From assembly GCA_018902795.1 (NCBI GenBank), contig JAHIQD010000011.1:35201-99200 (forward strand): 64,000 nt of DNA, read 5' to 3'. Numbering within the stretch: the stretch's first letter is position 1; the number at the start of each line of letters is the position of its first letter. Source of the stretch: Bacteroidota bacterium (lineage in GTDB: Bacteria > Bacteroidota > Bacteroidia > Flavobacteriales > Weeksellaceae). Shown here piece by piece: positions 18,797 to 29,038 of the stretch. Both the position numbers and the translations under genes were made by a program. The notes under the pieces were generated by a model that was not told the DNA's origin, did not search any database, and was given only the letters and a program-made list of their open reading frames with translations.

Positions 18797-19471
18797 TTAT
18801 TTCTTGGCAAAATACCAGACCTTGATTTTTTCGCGCAATGAAAAGCCCAGTTTTTCGTAAACAGATATTGCCCGGATATTTTTTTCGTCAACATGAAGGA
18901 AAGGAATTTTTCCTTTTTCAAGAATTTGGTTGGCCACAAAAGCAACGAGCTGCCGCGCAAAACCAAAATCTTCAAACGCTTTGTGCGTCACCACGGCACT
19001 CACTTCGCAGAAATCGTCCATCTGAAAACGTTCTCCCGTCACCGCCACTAATTTTTCATCTCTGAAAATTCCATAATAATTTCCTAAAAGTGAAGTGTTT
19101 TTTCTGAAAAATCCGGGGTAAAATTCCTGCACAAGATCGTATAGTTCATTCTCAAATTTACCATTCAGATGAACAATTTCTTCGCTGTTTTTCTGCATAA
19201 TCTTGTCAAGACAGATCATTTGGTTACAGATGATTTCTGCTTTTAAATGCAGGTTTTCCGAAAAATGAGGTTTGTTGCCGAGAATAAAGAACTCACTGCA
19301 TAATTCCGAATATTTTTCCAGCTCTTCCGACGAATTTTCCAAACTTGAGAAACCGCCGAACGGATTGGTTGCAGGTTGATAAATTTTTAGATTTCCATAG
19401 TCCTGACAAAAATTCCGGTGGGTTTCCGATAGCGAATGAAATACAGGATTGTTGAGTTTTTCGAAGTTCAT
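18797..19471 (-). CDS. GNAT-family acetyltransferase (FR47-like C-terminal domain)
   Basis: C-terminal acetyl-CoA motif region (VVTHKAFEDFGFARQLVAFVANQI). Confidence 0.65.
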   Translation of the reverse strand: MNFEKLNNPVFHSLSETHRNFCQDYGNLKIYQPATNPFGGFSSLENSSEELEKYSELCSEFFILGNKPHFSENLHLKAEIICNQMICLDKIMQKNSEEIVHLNGKFENELYDLVQEFYPGFFRKNTSLLGNYYGIFRDEKLVAVTGERFQMDDFCEVSAVVTHKAFEDFGFARQLVAFVANQILEKGKIPFLHVDEKNIRAISVYEKLGFSLREKIKVWYFAKK

Positions 19472-19510
19472 AGCGATCTCTGGAATTTTGAACTGAGTTC
19501 TGATTTCTTT

Positions 19511-20470
19511 TTAATTAATACCTTCGTCCAGAAGCCTGTGGATATCGATGATTCCAAAATATTTGCCGTTTTCGGTAACAATCAGCTGACCGATATTTTT
19601 GTCTTTAAGGATTTGCATCGCTTCTTTTGCCAACGCATTTTTATCGATGCTTTTCGGGTTGCTGCTCATAATGTCTTTCGCCAGAATCTTCGAAACATCC
19701 TGTTCGCTCATCAGCATTCTGCGCAAATCTCCGTCGGTTATTACACCAATAATCTGTTCGTTATCGGTCACCACTGTAATTCCGTGGGACGAAGCGCTTA
19801 TCGAAATAATAATTTCCCGAATGTTGGAATTGGGTGAAACCTGAGGTTTTTGGGAAGAAAGAAACTGTTCTACTTTCGCAGTAAGGTTTTTTCCTAAACT
19901 TCCTCCCGGATGGAATTTCGCAAAATCGTTTTCCCTGAAACCGTTCAGTTCCATCAGACAAACTGCCAAGGCATCTCCCAACGCCATTTGAACGGTGGTT
20001 GAACTTGTCGGTGCGAGTTTAATAGGACAAGCTTCTTTTTCTACAGACGTATCTAGCACAACAGCAGAAAATTCAGCCAATTTGGAGTTAAGATTACCGG
20101 TCATTCCGATTAAGGCGGAAGAATAATCATTCAGAAAGGGAAGGAGATTTACAATTTCCGGAGAATTGCCTGAGTTGGAAATGCAAAGCACAACATCGGT
20201 TTTCTGTATAACGCCCAAATCTCCATGAATTGCTTCTGAAGCATGCAGAAACTGCGAAGGAGTTCCAGTGGAATTCAGCGTGGCAACAATTTTATTTCCT
20301 ACATGCGCCGATTTTCCTATTCCGACAATGATGAGTTTTCCTTTGGCGGAATTAATGATTTCTACAGCTTTCAGAAAGTTTTCGTCAAGCCGGTTTTTCA
20401 GGCTTTCGAGTTCTGATATTTCAATGGAAAGAGCGTTTTGGGCTGTCTGAAGAATTTCGGGATGAGTCAT
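19511..20470 (-). CDS. kdsD: KpsF/GutQ-family arabinose-5-phosphate isomerase (SIS + 2 CBS domains)
   Basis: SIS motif (VGIGKSAHVGNKI, SNSGNSPE) followed by a tandem CBS pair. Confidence 0.85.
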   Translation of the reverse strand: MTHPEILQTAQNALSIEISELESLKNRLDENFLKAVEIINSAKGKLIIVGIGKSAHVGNKIVATLNSTGTPSQFLHASEAIHGDLGVIQKTDVVLCISNSGNSPEIVNLLPFLNDYSSALIGMTGNLNSKLAEFSAVVLDTSVEKEACPIKLAPTSSTTVQMALGDALAVCLMELNGFRENDFAKFHPGGSLGKNLTAKVEQFLSSQKPQVSPNSNIREIIISISASSHGITVVTDNEQIIGVITDGDLRRMLMSEQDVSKILAKDIMSSNPKSIDKNALAKEAMQILKDKNIGQLIVTENGKYFGIIDIHRLLDEGIN

Positions 20471-20577
20471 TTTATTGGTTTGAAAATGAAAAATTTACTC
20501 CTTTAATATACGGAAATATTTTTATTATATTTCTATGAAATTTAGGGTGCAATATTTTTATTTTGATTTTTATTTTC

Positions 20578-20585
20578 TAACTTTG
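20578..20585 (+). promoter_or_regulatory. Candidate Bacteroidota -7 box (TAACTTTG) upstream of recQ
   Basis: Matches TAnnTTTG. This is a short motif in AT-rich DNA, so the evidence is weak. Confidence 0.3.
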
Positions 20586-20702
20586 GGTAATATGCAAATT
20601 TAGCAAACATATTTAGATGAAACGCCAATGACCAATAATTTTGGAATTAAATGCAAGTGATTGTCGGCGCTGCATCTGTTGCTATAAAACTGAAAATTAC
20701 AG

Positions 20703-22907
20703 ATGAAAACAAATACCGCCGATTTATCGAAGGAACTCAAAAAATATTTCGGCTTCTCAACGTTTAAAGGTCAGCAGGAAGAAATTATTAAAAATTTACT
20801 CGAAGGTAAAGATATTTTTGTTTTAATGCCCACCGGTGGCGGAAAATCTCTTTGTTATCAGCTTCCCGCGCTCATTTCGGAAGGAACTGCAATCGTGGTT
20901 TCGCCTCTTATTGCTTTGATGAAAAACCAGGTGGATGCCGTGAACGGGCTTTCATCTGATGAAGGTGTTGCCCACGTTTTAAATTCTTCACTGAATAAAA
21001 CGCAGACTAAACAGGTTTTTGATGATATAAAGGCCGGGAAGACCAAACTGTTATACGTGGCTCCAGAATCTTTAATTAAGGAAGAATATCTTGAATTTCT
21101 TAGGGAGGTCACCATTTCTTTCGTAGCCATCGATGAAGCGCACTGTATCTCCGAATGGGGACATGATTTCCGCCCCGAATACCGAAACCTTAAACTGATT
21201 ATTGACAAAATTGCCGATGTTCCCGTGATTGCCTTAACAGCGACCGCAACACCGAAAGTTCAGGATGACATTCAGAAAACACTTGGAATGTCCAAAGCGC
21301 TGGTTTTTAAAGAGAGTTTCAACCGCCCGAATCTTTTTTATGAAGTAAGACCGAAAGTGAATATTGACAGGGAAATTGTAAAATTCATCAATCAGCATAA
21401 AGGAAAATCCGGGATTGTATATTGTTTGAGCCGGAGAAAAGTGGAAGAATTTGCCCAACTTCTTCAGGTAAACGGCATCAACGCGCTTCCTTATCATGCC
21501 GGTTTAGACCAAAAAACCAGGGTGATGAATCAGGATAAATTCCTTATGGAAGACGCTGATGTGATCGTCGCAACCATTGCATTCGGGATGGGAATTGATA
21601 AGCCTGATGTAAGATTTGTGATTCATTATGACATTCCGAAATCGTTGGAAAGTTATTATCAGGAAACCGGTAGAGCGGGAAGAGACGGCGGTGAAGGAAT
21701 TTGCTTGGCTTTCTATGACCCGAAAGATATTGAAAAATTAGAGAAATTTCTAGCTCAGAAACCTGTTTCCGAAAGAGAAATCGGTCTTCAGCTATTAAAT
21801 GAAGTGGTTGGTTATGCCGAAACCTCGATGAGCAGAAGACAGTATATTCTGTATTATTTCGGGGAACAGTTTGATCCGGTCAACGGCGACGGTGCACAGA
21901 TGTGTGATAATTCTGTCAATCCGCCGAAACTGAAAGATGCAACAAAAGAACTGAAATTGGTTCTGACTTTAGTAAAAGAACTGGAGGAAAAATTTAAAAC
22001 AAAAGATTTAATTTCGGTCATTGTTGGGAAGGAAAATCCCGTTACAAAATCTTATAAACTCGAAACTACAAAACACTTCGGAATCGGAAGAAATGAAGAA
22101 GAAAATTTCTGGAAATCGATTATCCGTCAGGCGACCGTTCAGGATTTTCTGCAAAAGGATATCGAAACTTATGGTGTTTTAAAAGTCACCGAAAAAGGGC
22201 TGAAAGTGATTGCAGGGAAAGACAAAAGTCCTTTCCTTATCGCAGAAGACCGAGAATATGATTTGGCACAGACGAAAGCAGATTCCGATCAGGTTCAGGT
22301 TCAGCAAAGCAGTGGATTGGACGAAAATCTGTTCAATCAGTTAAAAGAATTACGCAAAACGGTCGCTAAAAAACAGGGCATTCCGCCTTACACCGTTTTT
22401 ATGGATCCCAGTTTGGAAGATATGACCGTGCAGTATCCGATCAGCATTGAAGAAATTGGAAAAATTTACGGAGTTGGAGATGGAAAAGCCAAGAAATTCG
22501 GGAAAGAATTTGCTGACTACATCAAAAAATATGTAGAGGAAAACAACATCGAAAGAACTCAGGATATGGTGCTGAAACAGGTTGCGAATAAATCGAGCCA
22601 TAAAGTTTTCATCATTCAGAGTACTGACAAAAAAATTGATCTGGAAGACATTGCTAAAGCCAAAAATCTTTCGATGGAAGATTTGTTGAAGGAAATGGAA
22701 CGGATTGTTTATCAGGGAACCAAGTTGAATATTGACTATTATATCGACGAAAATTTTGATGAAGATATTGTAGAAGAATTTATGGAATTTATGGGCGAAA
22801 GCGAAAGCGACAGCATGAAAGTACTTCTATCCGAATTCGGTGATGATTTGAGCGATGAAGAGGTGAGAATGCTGAGGATCAAGTTTATCTCAGATGTAGC
22901 AAATTAA
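20703..22907 (+). CDS. recQ: ATP-dependent DNA helicase RecQ
   Basis: DEAH-box helicase motifs (PTGGGKSLCYQ, DEAHCISEWGHDFR), an RQC region and a C-terminal HRDC region. Confidence 0.95.
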   Translation: MKTNTADLSKELKKYFGFSTFKGQQEEIIKNLLEGKDIFVLMPTGGGKSLCYQLPALISEGTAIVVSPLIALMKNQVDAVNGLSSDEGVAHVLNSSLNKTQTKQVFDDIKAGKTKLLYVAPESLIKEEYLEFLREVTISFVAIDEAHCISEWGHDFRPEYRNLKLIIDKIADVPVIALTATATPKVQDDIQKTLGMSKALVFKESFNRPNLFYEVRPKVNIDREIVKFINQHKGKSGIVYCLSRRKVEEFAQLLQVNGINALPYHAGLDQKTRVMNQDKFLMEDADVIVATIAFGMGIDKPDVRFVIHYDIPKSLESYYQETGRAGRDGGEGICLAFYDPKDIEKLEKFLAQKPVSEREIGLQLLNEVVGYAETSMSRRQYILYYFGEQFDPVNGDGAQMCDNSVNPPKLKDATKELKLVLTLVKELEEKFKTKDLISVIVGKENPVTKSYKLETTKHFGIGRNEEENFWKSIIRQATVQDFLQKDIETYGVLKVTEKGLKVIAGKDKSPFLIAEDREYDLAQTKADSDQVQVQQSSGLDENLFNQLKELRKTVAKKQGIPPYTVFMDPSLEDMTVQYPISIEEIGKIYGVGDGKAKKFGKEFADYIKKYVEENNIERTQDMVLKQVANKSSHKVFIIQSTDKKIDLEDIAKAKNLSMEDLLKEMERIVYQGTKLNIDYYIDENFDEDIVEEFMEFMGESESDSMKVLLSEFGDDLSDEEVRMLRIKFISDVAN

Positions 22908-22919
22908 AATTTTTAACAA

Positions 22920-23159
22920 ATGCACGAAAAAAGCTTACATCAAAAACAGGAAATCCTCAATTGGCTTTTGTCTCTGGAGGATGAAGTGATGATCAGTAAG
23001 ATCGATGAGTTCCGTAAAGAAATGTTATCGCATCATATCGTAAGTGAGTCTCAAACTGAATTTAATGTAAAAGATGATTTTGATGAAAGGTTTGCCAAAG
23101 GTATTCCGCATGAGGAAATGAAAAAGAGAACTGCGGAATACATCAACAGTTTACCATAG
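22920..23159 (+). CDS. Small hypothetical protein (possible antitoxin-like partner)
   Basis: 79 aa and helical. Starts 13 nt after recQ and sits 32 nt upstream of the next small ORF. Confidence 0.4.
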   Translation: MHEKSLHQKQEILNWLLSLEDEVMISKIDEFRKEMLSHHIVSESQTEFNVKDDFDERFAKGIPHEEMKKRTAEYINSLP

Positions 23160-23191
23160 AAAAAATAATCGTTTATCAACCTTTTTTTGAA

Positions 23192-23479
23192 ATGATTATT
23201 AATAAGTTGATTGATGTTTTATTTGAATATGAGTATTTTGGCTATCGAAGTTCAGCGGTTTCCTACACCGATAAAATTTATGCTTTTATTGCAGAAAATA
23301 TCGACAAACCAATTGTTAGATTCACGCCCCCTTCCCATCAAAAATACGGTAAAAAATATCTGAAATATAAAGCCAATCCACAAACAACCTGGTATATTTT
23401 CTTTGATCAAAAGGAGGGGAAATATCTCGTCAATCATATTCTGAACAATCATTCCAAAGATTTTCCTGAATTGTTGTAG
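23192..23479 (+). CDS. Small hypothetical protein with a RelE/ParE-like sequence pattern
   Basis: 95 aa. The C-terminal pattern WYIFFDQKEGKYLVNHILNNHSKD resembles the beta-strand/His end of ParE/RelE toxins. This is pattern similarity only. Confidence 0.35.
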   Translation: MIINKLIDVLFEYEYFGYRSSAVSYTDKIYAFIAENIDKPIVRFTPPSHQKYGKKYLKYKANPQTTWYIFFDQKEGKYLVNHILNNHSKDFPELL

Positions 23480-23533
23480 ATTTGGTTAAGTAACATTATA
23501 AGGCTTTTTCAATTCATTAAAAACAGCAAAACT

Positions 23534-24628
23534 TTGGTAGAAAGTCGGAAAAAAATCTCCATCATATTCATCCTTCCCGATTTGGAAACAGGCGGTGCAG
23601 AACGCATTGTCACTACTATTGCTAATCATTTGCCAAGAGAAAAATTTGAGCCGAAAATTTTGCTGTTAAGGAAAGAAGGTGGTTATCTGGAGTTTCTGAA
23701 TGATGATGTGGAAATTATTGATATCAAAACTCCCAGAATCCGGCATTCTTTAAAACCGATTTTACTCGAAATCAAAAGAAGAAAACCGGATATTGTTTTC
23801 AGTGGTTTTGGCGAAATAAATGCCTATCTTTCTTTATTTATCAGATTTTTTCCGAAAACTAAATTCATTGCAAGAGAAACCAATGTCGTTTCCAAACATG
23901 TCACACGAAAGGAAATCCGTTTTTTCTACAAATTTTACAACAATTATCACCGCATTATCTGTCAGAGTGATGATATGCAGCATGATTTAATTGAGAATTT
24001 CAATATTAAAAAAGAAAAAATCAGTAAAATCAACAATCCTGTAGATTTTGATTTTATTGAAGAAAAATTGAACATTTCAGAAAAACCTGAAAGTTTTAAG
24101 ATCTGTTTTAAAAATGTAGTTGCCATCGGGAATTTGTCTTCCAGAAAAGGTTTCGACAATTTACTGAAAGTTTTCAGCCACTTAAAAGATGAGAAAATTC
24201 AACTTCATATTTTGGGCGACGGAAGAGATAAAGAGCTGTTGCTTCAGATGAAAGCTGATCTCCATCTCGAAAATGTAATTTTCCATGGACAGCAGAAAAA
24301 TCCTTATCAGTTTTTGAAATTTGCCGATTTATTCATTCTTTCCTCCCGATATGAAGGTTTCCCGAATGTTTTGTTGGAAGCAGGTGCGTGCGGAACTTAT
24401 TCTTTGGCAAACAGATGCCCCGGCGGAATTTCTGAGATTATTCAACCTGATGTCAATGGAGAGATTGCTGATATCGAAAATCATCATCAGTTTGCGGAAA
24501 AAATACTTGAGGTCTTAAAAAAGGATCATAATAAAGATTCCATTAAAAATTCTATCAAATTGCGCTTCTCTAAAGAGTTGATTCTTACCAAATATGAGAA
24601 TTTGTTTCTTAAAATTTTCAAAATGTAA
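23534..24628 (+). CDS. Family-4 (GT-B) glycosyltransferase
   Basis: N-terminal GGAERIV and the C-terminal EGFPNVLLEAGACG (E-x7-E type) motif. TTG start per the ORF track. Confidence 0.85.
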   Translation: MVESRKKISIIFILPDLETGGAERIVTTIANHLPREKFEPKILLLRKEGGYLEFLNDDVEIIDIKTPRIRHSLKPILLEIKRRKPDIVFSGFGEINAYLSLFIRFFPKTKFIARETNVVSKHVTRKEIRFFYKFYNNYHRIICQSDDMQHDLIENFNIKKEKISKINNPVDFDFIEEKLNISEKPESFKICFKNVVAIGNLSSRKGFDNLLKVFSHLKDEKIQLHILGDGRDKELLLQMKADLHLENVIFHGQQKNPYQFLKFADLFILSSRYEGFPNVLLEAGACGTYSLANRCPGGISEIIQPDVNGEIADIENHHQFAEKILEVLKKDHNKDSIKNSIKLRFSKELILTKYENLFLKIFKM

Positions 24629-24786
24629 ACTAGCAGCCTTGGTAGGGATTATAGTGAAATGATTGTTTGTATTTTAATTTAAGATTAATTTTTTATTATG
24701 ATTTCGGTCATATTAATTAACATTAATTGTAAACTTTTTTAGTTTATTAAAAAGTTATAAACTTGATAATCAATCTTATAGATAAA

Positions 24787-24794
24787 TAAATTTG
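24787..24794 (+). promoter_or_regulatory. Candidate -7 box (TAAATTTG) upstream of nrdJ, overlapping a repeated TTGTAAACTTTTT motif
   Basis: Matches TAnnTTTG and lies 60 nt upstream of the ATG. Confidence 0.35.
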
Positions 24795-24853
24795 TAAACT
24801 TTTTGTATTTCAGATAAACTGTTGTATTTTTAAAATCAACAAAATATACAACT

Positions 24854-27406
24854 ATGGAAGCTGGAGTATCCGCAAAAAAAAGTAAAACATTTACTTACGA
24901 AGATGCATATCAATCAACCTTAAAATATTTTGATGGTGATGATCTCGCCGCAAAAGTGTGGGTAAGTAAATACGCGCTGAAAGATTCAGACGGAAATATC
25001 TACGAACAGACTCCCGACGATATGCACCGTAGGATTTCTTCGGAAGTAGCAAGAATCGAAGCAAAATATCCCAATCCGCTTTCTGAACAGGAAATTTTCG
25101 ATCTCATTAAAAATTTTAAATATATTATTCCACAGGGAAGTCCGATGACTGGAATTGGTAACAGTTTTCAGATTGCATCGCTTTCCAACTGTTTTGTCAT
25201 TGGCAGCGGAACCCAGAGTGATTCCTACGGAAGCATCATGAAAATTGATGAAGAGCAGGTACAGCTGATGAAAAGACGTGGCGGTGTTGGTCATGATTTG
25301 TCACACATCCGCCCGAAAGGTTCGGCAGTGAAAAATTCCGCGCTTACTTCTACCGGTTTAGTTCCGTTTATGGAAAGATATTCCAATTCCACGCGGGAAG
25401 TTGCTCAGGATGGAAGAAGAGGCGCACTGATGCTTTCTGTTTCCATTAATCATCCGGATTCTGAAGATTTCGTGAATGCCAAGCTGGAGCAGGGAAAAAT
25501 TACAGGCGCCAATATTTCGGTAAGGATTGATGATGAATTCATGAAAGCGGTTGTTGGAAAAGAAGATTATATTCAGAAATATCCACTCCATAGCGACCAT
25601 CCGAAGTTTCAGAAGAAAATAAAAGCAACAGATTTATGGGATAAAATCATTCATAATGCCTGGAAATCCGCAGAACCGGGAATTCTTTTCTGGGACACGA
25701 TTATCCGCGAATCTTTACCCGACTGTTATGCGGATTTGGGTTACGAAACGGTTTCTACCAATCCGTGCGGAGAAATTCCGTTGTGTCCGTATGATTCATG
25801 CAGGCTTTTGGCGGTAAATCTCTTTTCTTACGTCGAAAATCCGTTTACAAAAAAAGCACAATTCAATTTTGAACTTTTTAAAAAACACGTCGGTTATGCC
25901 CAAAGAATGATGGATGATATCATCGATCTGGAAATGGAGAAAATTGATGCGATTCTTCTTAAAATAGAATCCGATCCGGAAGGAAACGAAATTAAAGCTA
26001 CTGAAAAAAATCTCTGGACAAAAATTCGCGAGAAAACCATTGAAGGCAGACGAACAGGTGTTGGAATTACGGCGGAAGGTGATATGTTGGCCGCTTTAAA
26101 TATTCAATACGGAAGCAAAGAAGGCAACGAGTTTTCTACTTTAGTTCATAAAACTTTAGCACTTGCAGCCTACCGTTCTTCAGTAGATATGGCGAAGGAA
26201 AGAGGAGCTTTTGGGATTTATGATGCGAAAAGGGAAGCTAAAAATCCTTTCATTCTAAGGATAAAAGAAGCTGATCCTGATTTATATAAAGACTTAAAGG
26301 AATTCGGCAGAAGAAATATTGCTTTGCTTACGATTGCGCCCACAGGAAGCACTTCGCTGATGTCGCAAACCACATCGGGCATTGAACCAGTTTTTCTTCC
26401 TGTTTACAAAAGACGGAGAAAAGTAAATCCTAATGATAAAGACGTCCGGGTTGATTTTGTGGATGAAGTAGGGGATTCCTGGGAAGAATATCTGGTTTTC
26501 CATCACCGTTTCAAGCAATGGATGGAAGTGAACGGAATGGATACCGACAAAAAATATACTCAGGAAGAAATCAATAACATCATTGAAGTTTCGCCGTATT
26601 ACAAAGCCACTTCCAATGATGTAGACTGGCTGAGCAAGGTGGAAATGCAGGGCGCCATTCAGAAATGGGTGGATCATTCCATTTCGGTGACTATTAATAT
26701 TCCGAATGATGCGACAGAAGAACTGGTAAATCAGCTGTATATCAAAGCCTGGGAAGTTGGTTGCAAAGGCGTTACTGTTTATCGCGACGGTTCACGTTCC
26801 GGAGTTTTAATTTCCAGTGAGGAGAAAAAAGAGGAGAAAACTGAAATTCTGCAGCCCGTTTTTCCGACGAAGAGACCTCACGTTTTAGAAGCTGAAATCG
26901 TCCGTTTTCAGAACAATAAAGACAAATGGATTGCTTTTGTAGGCTTAATCGACAAAAAGCCTTACGAAATATTCACCGGTTTGGCCGATGACGAAGAAGG
27001 TATTGCGCTTCCGCGCTGGGTAAATGAAGGACTCATTATTAAAAACCGCGACGAAGACGGAAAATCCCGTTACGATTTTCAGTTTACCAATTTGCGTGGC
27101 TATAAAACCACAATTGAGGGGCTTTCACATAAATTCAATCCGGAATTCTGGAATTATGCAAAACTGATTTCCGGAACGTTAAGACATGGAATGCCGATTG
27201 AAAATGTGGTAGAGCTCATCAACCATATTGAACTTGATTCCGAATCCATCAACAACTGGAAAGCCGGTGTTGCTCGCGCTTTGAAACGTTATATTCCGGA
27301 TGGAACAGATGCCGGTGGAAAATGTTCCAATTGTGGTTCCGACCAGGTGGTGTATCAGGAAGGATGTTTGATTTGTAAGAATTGTGGCAGTTCTAAGTGT
27401 GGGTAA
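24854..27406 (+). CDS. nrdJ: Adenosylcobalamin-dependent (class II) ribonucleotide reductase
   Basis: 850 aa with the active-site NPCGEIPL and a C-terminal Cys-rich Zn-ribbon tail (CSNCGS...CKNCGSSKCG). Confidence 0.9.
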   Translation: MEAGVSAKKSKTFTYEDAYQSTLKYFDGDDLAAKVWVSKYALKDSDGNIYEQTPDDMHRRISSEVARIEAKYPNPLSEQEIFDLIKNFKYIIPQGSPMTGIGNSFQIASLSNCFVIGSGTQSDSYGSIMKIDEEQVQLMKRRGGVGHDLSHIRPKGSAVKNSALTSTGLVPFMERYSNSTREVAQDGRRGALMLSVSINHPDSEDFVNAKLEQGKITGANISVRIDDEFMKAVVGKEDYIQKYPLHSDHPKFQKKIKATDLWDKIIHNAWKSAEPGILFWDTIIRESLPDCYADLGYETVSTNPCGEIPLCPYDSCRLLAVNLFSYVENPFTKKAQFNFELFKKHVGYAQRMMDDIIDLEMEKIDAILLKIESDPEGNEIKATEKNLWTKIREKTIEGRRTGVGITAEGDMLAALNIQYGSKEGNEFSTLVHKTLALAAYRSSVDMAKERGAFGIYDAKREAKNPFILRIKEADPDLYKDLKEFGRRNIALLTIAPTGSTSLMSQTTSGIEPVFLPVYKRRRKVNPNDKDVRVDFVDEVGDSWEEYLVFHHRFKQWMEVNGMDTDKKYTQEEINNIIEVSPYYKATSNDVDWLSKVEMQGAIQKWVDHSISVTINIPNDATEELVNQLYIKAWEVGCKGVTVYRDGSRSGVLISSEEKKEEKTEILQPVFPTKRPHVLEAEIVRFQNNKDKWIAFVGLIDKKPYEIFTGLADDEEGIALPRWVNEGLIIKNRDEDGKSRYDFQFTNLRGYKTTIEGLSHKFNPEFWNYAKLISGTLRHGMPIENVVELINHIELDSESINNWKAGVARALKRYIPDGTDAGGKCSNCGSDQVVYQEGCLICKNCGSSKCG

Positions 27407-27535
27407 AATAGAAAATTGTTAAAGATACTTTCTAAAATAATTAGTTTAAAATCTACGGGAATCTCGCTTTCTACAGGCGAAAATTTTTGTAATTTTGTAC
27501 AACTTTAATTTTTAATAAATCAAATAAATATAAAA

Positions 27536-28939
27536 ATGAGTCAATTTGATGTTACCGTTATCGGTTCCGGTCCTGGAGGATATGTTGCAGCAATCCGCTG
27601 CGCACAGTTAGGTTTGAAAACTGCTATTATTGAAAAATATCCTACGATGGGCGGTACTTGCCTGAATGTTGGATGTATCCCTTCCAAAGCACTTTTGGAC
27701 AGTTCTGAACATTTCGAAAACGCAAAACACAATTTCGCCAACCACGGCATTATCATCGACGAGCCAAAAGCAGATTTGGCAAGAATGATTGCCAGAAAAA
27801 ACGAAGTGGTAGACCAAACGACAAAAGGAATTACCTTCTTGATGGACAAAAATAAAATCACCGTTTTTGAAGGCGTTGGTAGCTTTGAATCTTCAACCCA
27901 GGTAAAAGTGACTAAAACCGACGGTTCATCAGAAATCATCGATTCAAAATATATCATTATCGCGACCGGTTCCAAACCAAGTTCGCTGCCTTTCATTACA
28001 CTGGATAAAGAAAGAGTAATTACTTCTACAGAAGCTTTAAACCTTAAAGAAATCCCGAAACATTTAGTCGTAATCGGCGGTGGAGTAATCGGTCTTGAAT
28101 TGGGATCAGTTTACAAAAGATTAGGTTCTGAAGTAACTGTGGTTGAATTTATGGATAAAATCATCCCAACAATGGACGGTGCTTTATCGAAAGAACTCAA
28201 CAAAGTTTTAAGAAAACAGGGTATCAAATTCATGCTTTCTACCGCTGTTCAGGCAGTGGAAAGAAACGGAGATTCTGTGAAAGTTACCGCGAAAGACAAA
28301 AAAGGAGAAGAAGTGGTGGTAGAAGGCGATTATGTTTTGGTTTCTGTAGGTAGAAAACCTTACACTGACGGACTTTCCCTCGAAAAAGCTGGTGTGGATT
28401 TAGACGAAAGAGGCAGAGTAAAAACCAATGAACATTTGCAAACCAACGTTTCCAATATTTATGCGATCGGTGACGTAGTTGCCGGTGCAATGTTGGCGCA
28501 CAAAGCTTCTGAAGAAGGCGTTTTGGTGGCAGAACAGCTTGCCGGACAAAAACCACATATCAATTACAATTTAATTCCTGGAGTAGTTTATACATGGCCG
28601 GAAGTTGCTGCAGTAGGAAAAACTGAGGAGCAGCTGAAAGCAGAAGGCGTTGCGATTAAAGTGGGTAATTTCCCAATGAGAGCTTTGGGAAGAAGCCGTG
28701 CTTCAGGCGATCTGGATGGTTTTATTAAAATCATCGCTGACGAAAAAACCGATGAGGTTTTGGGCGTTCACATGATTGGTGCGAGAGCTGCAGACATGAT
28801 TGCCGCTGCCGTAACCGCCATGGAATACCGTGCAAGCGCAGAAGATATCGCAAGAATGTCTCACGCGCACCCAACTTTTGCAGAAGCAATTAAAGAAGCA
28901 GCTTTGGATGCGACAGGAAAAATTGCGATTCACATGTAA
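27536..28939 (+). CDS. lpdA: Dihydrolipoyl dehydrogenase
   Basis: FAD motif GSGPGGY, the redox disulfide GGTCLNVGCIPSK, and the C-terminal HAHPT interface motif. Confidence 0.95.
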   Translation: MSQFDVTVIGSGPGGYVAAIRCAQLGLKTAIIEKYPTMGGTCLNVGCIPSKALLDSSEHFENAKHNFANHGIIIDEPKADLARMIARKNEVVDQTTKGITFLMDKNKITVFEGVGSFESSTQVKVTKTDGSSEIIDSKYIIIATGSKPSSLPFITLDKERVITSTEALNLKEIPKHLVVIGGGVIGLELGSVYKRLGSEVTVVEFMDKIIPTMDGALSKELNKVLRKQGIKFMLSTAVQAVERNGDSVKVTAKDKKGEEVVVEGDYVLVSVGRKPYTDGLSLEKAGVDLDERGRVKTNEHLQTNVSNIYAIGDVVAGAMLAHKASEEGVLVAEQLAGQKPHINYNLIPGVVYTWPEVAAVGKTEEQLKAEGVAIKVGNFPMRALGRSRASGDLDGFIKIIADEKTDEVLGVHMIGARAADMIAAAVTAMEYRASAEDIARMSHAHPTFAEAIKEAALDATGKIAIHM

Positions 28940-28963
28940 GACTTAGTAAGTTTAGATATTTAA

Positions 28964-28990
28964 AAGAGAAGTTTCGGCTTCTCTTTTTTT
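28964..28990 (+). terminator. Intrinsic terminator after lpd
   Basis: AAGAGAAG-tttcgg-CTTCTCTT hairpin followed by a T-run. Confidence 0.7.
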
Positions 28991-29038
28991 GTTCTAATAA
29001 TTAATTTAATTGCTTAACTTTAATAAAAATACCTGAGT

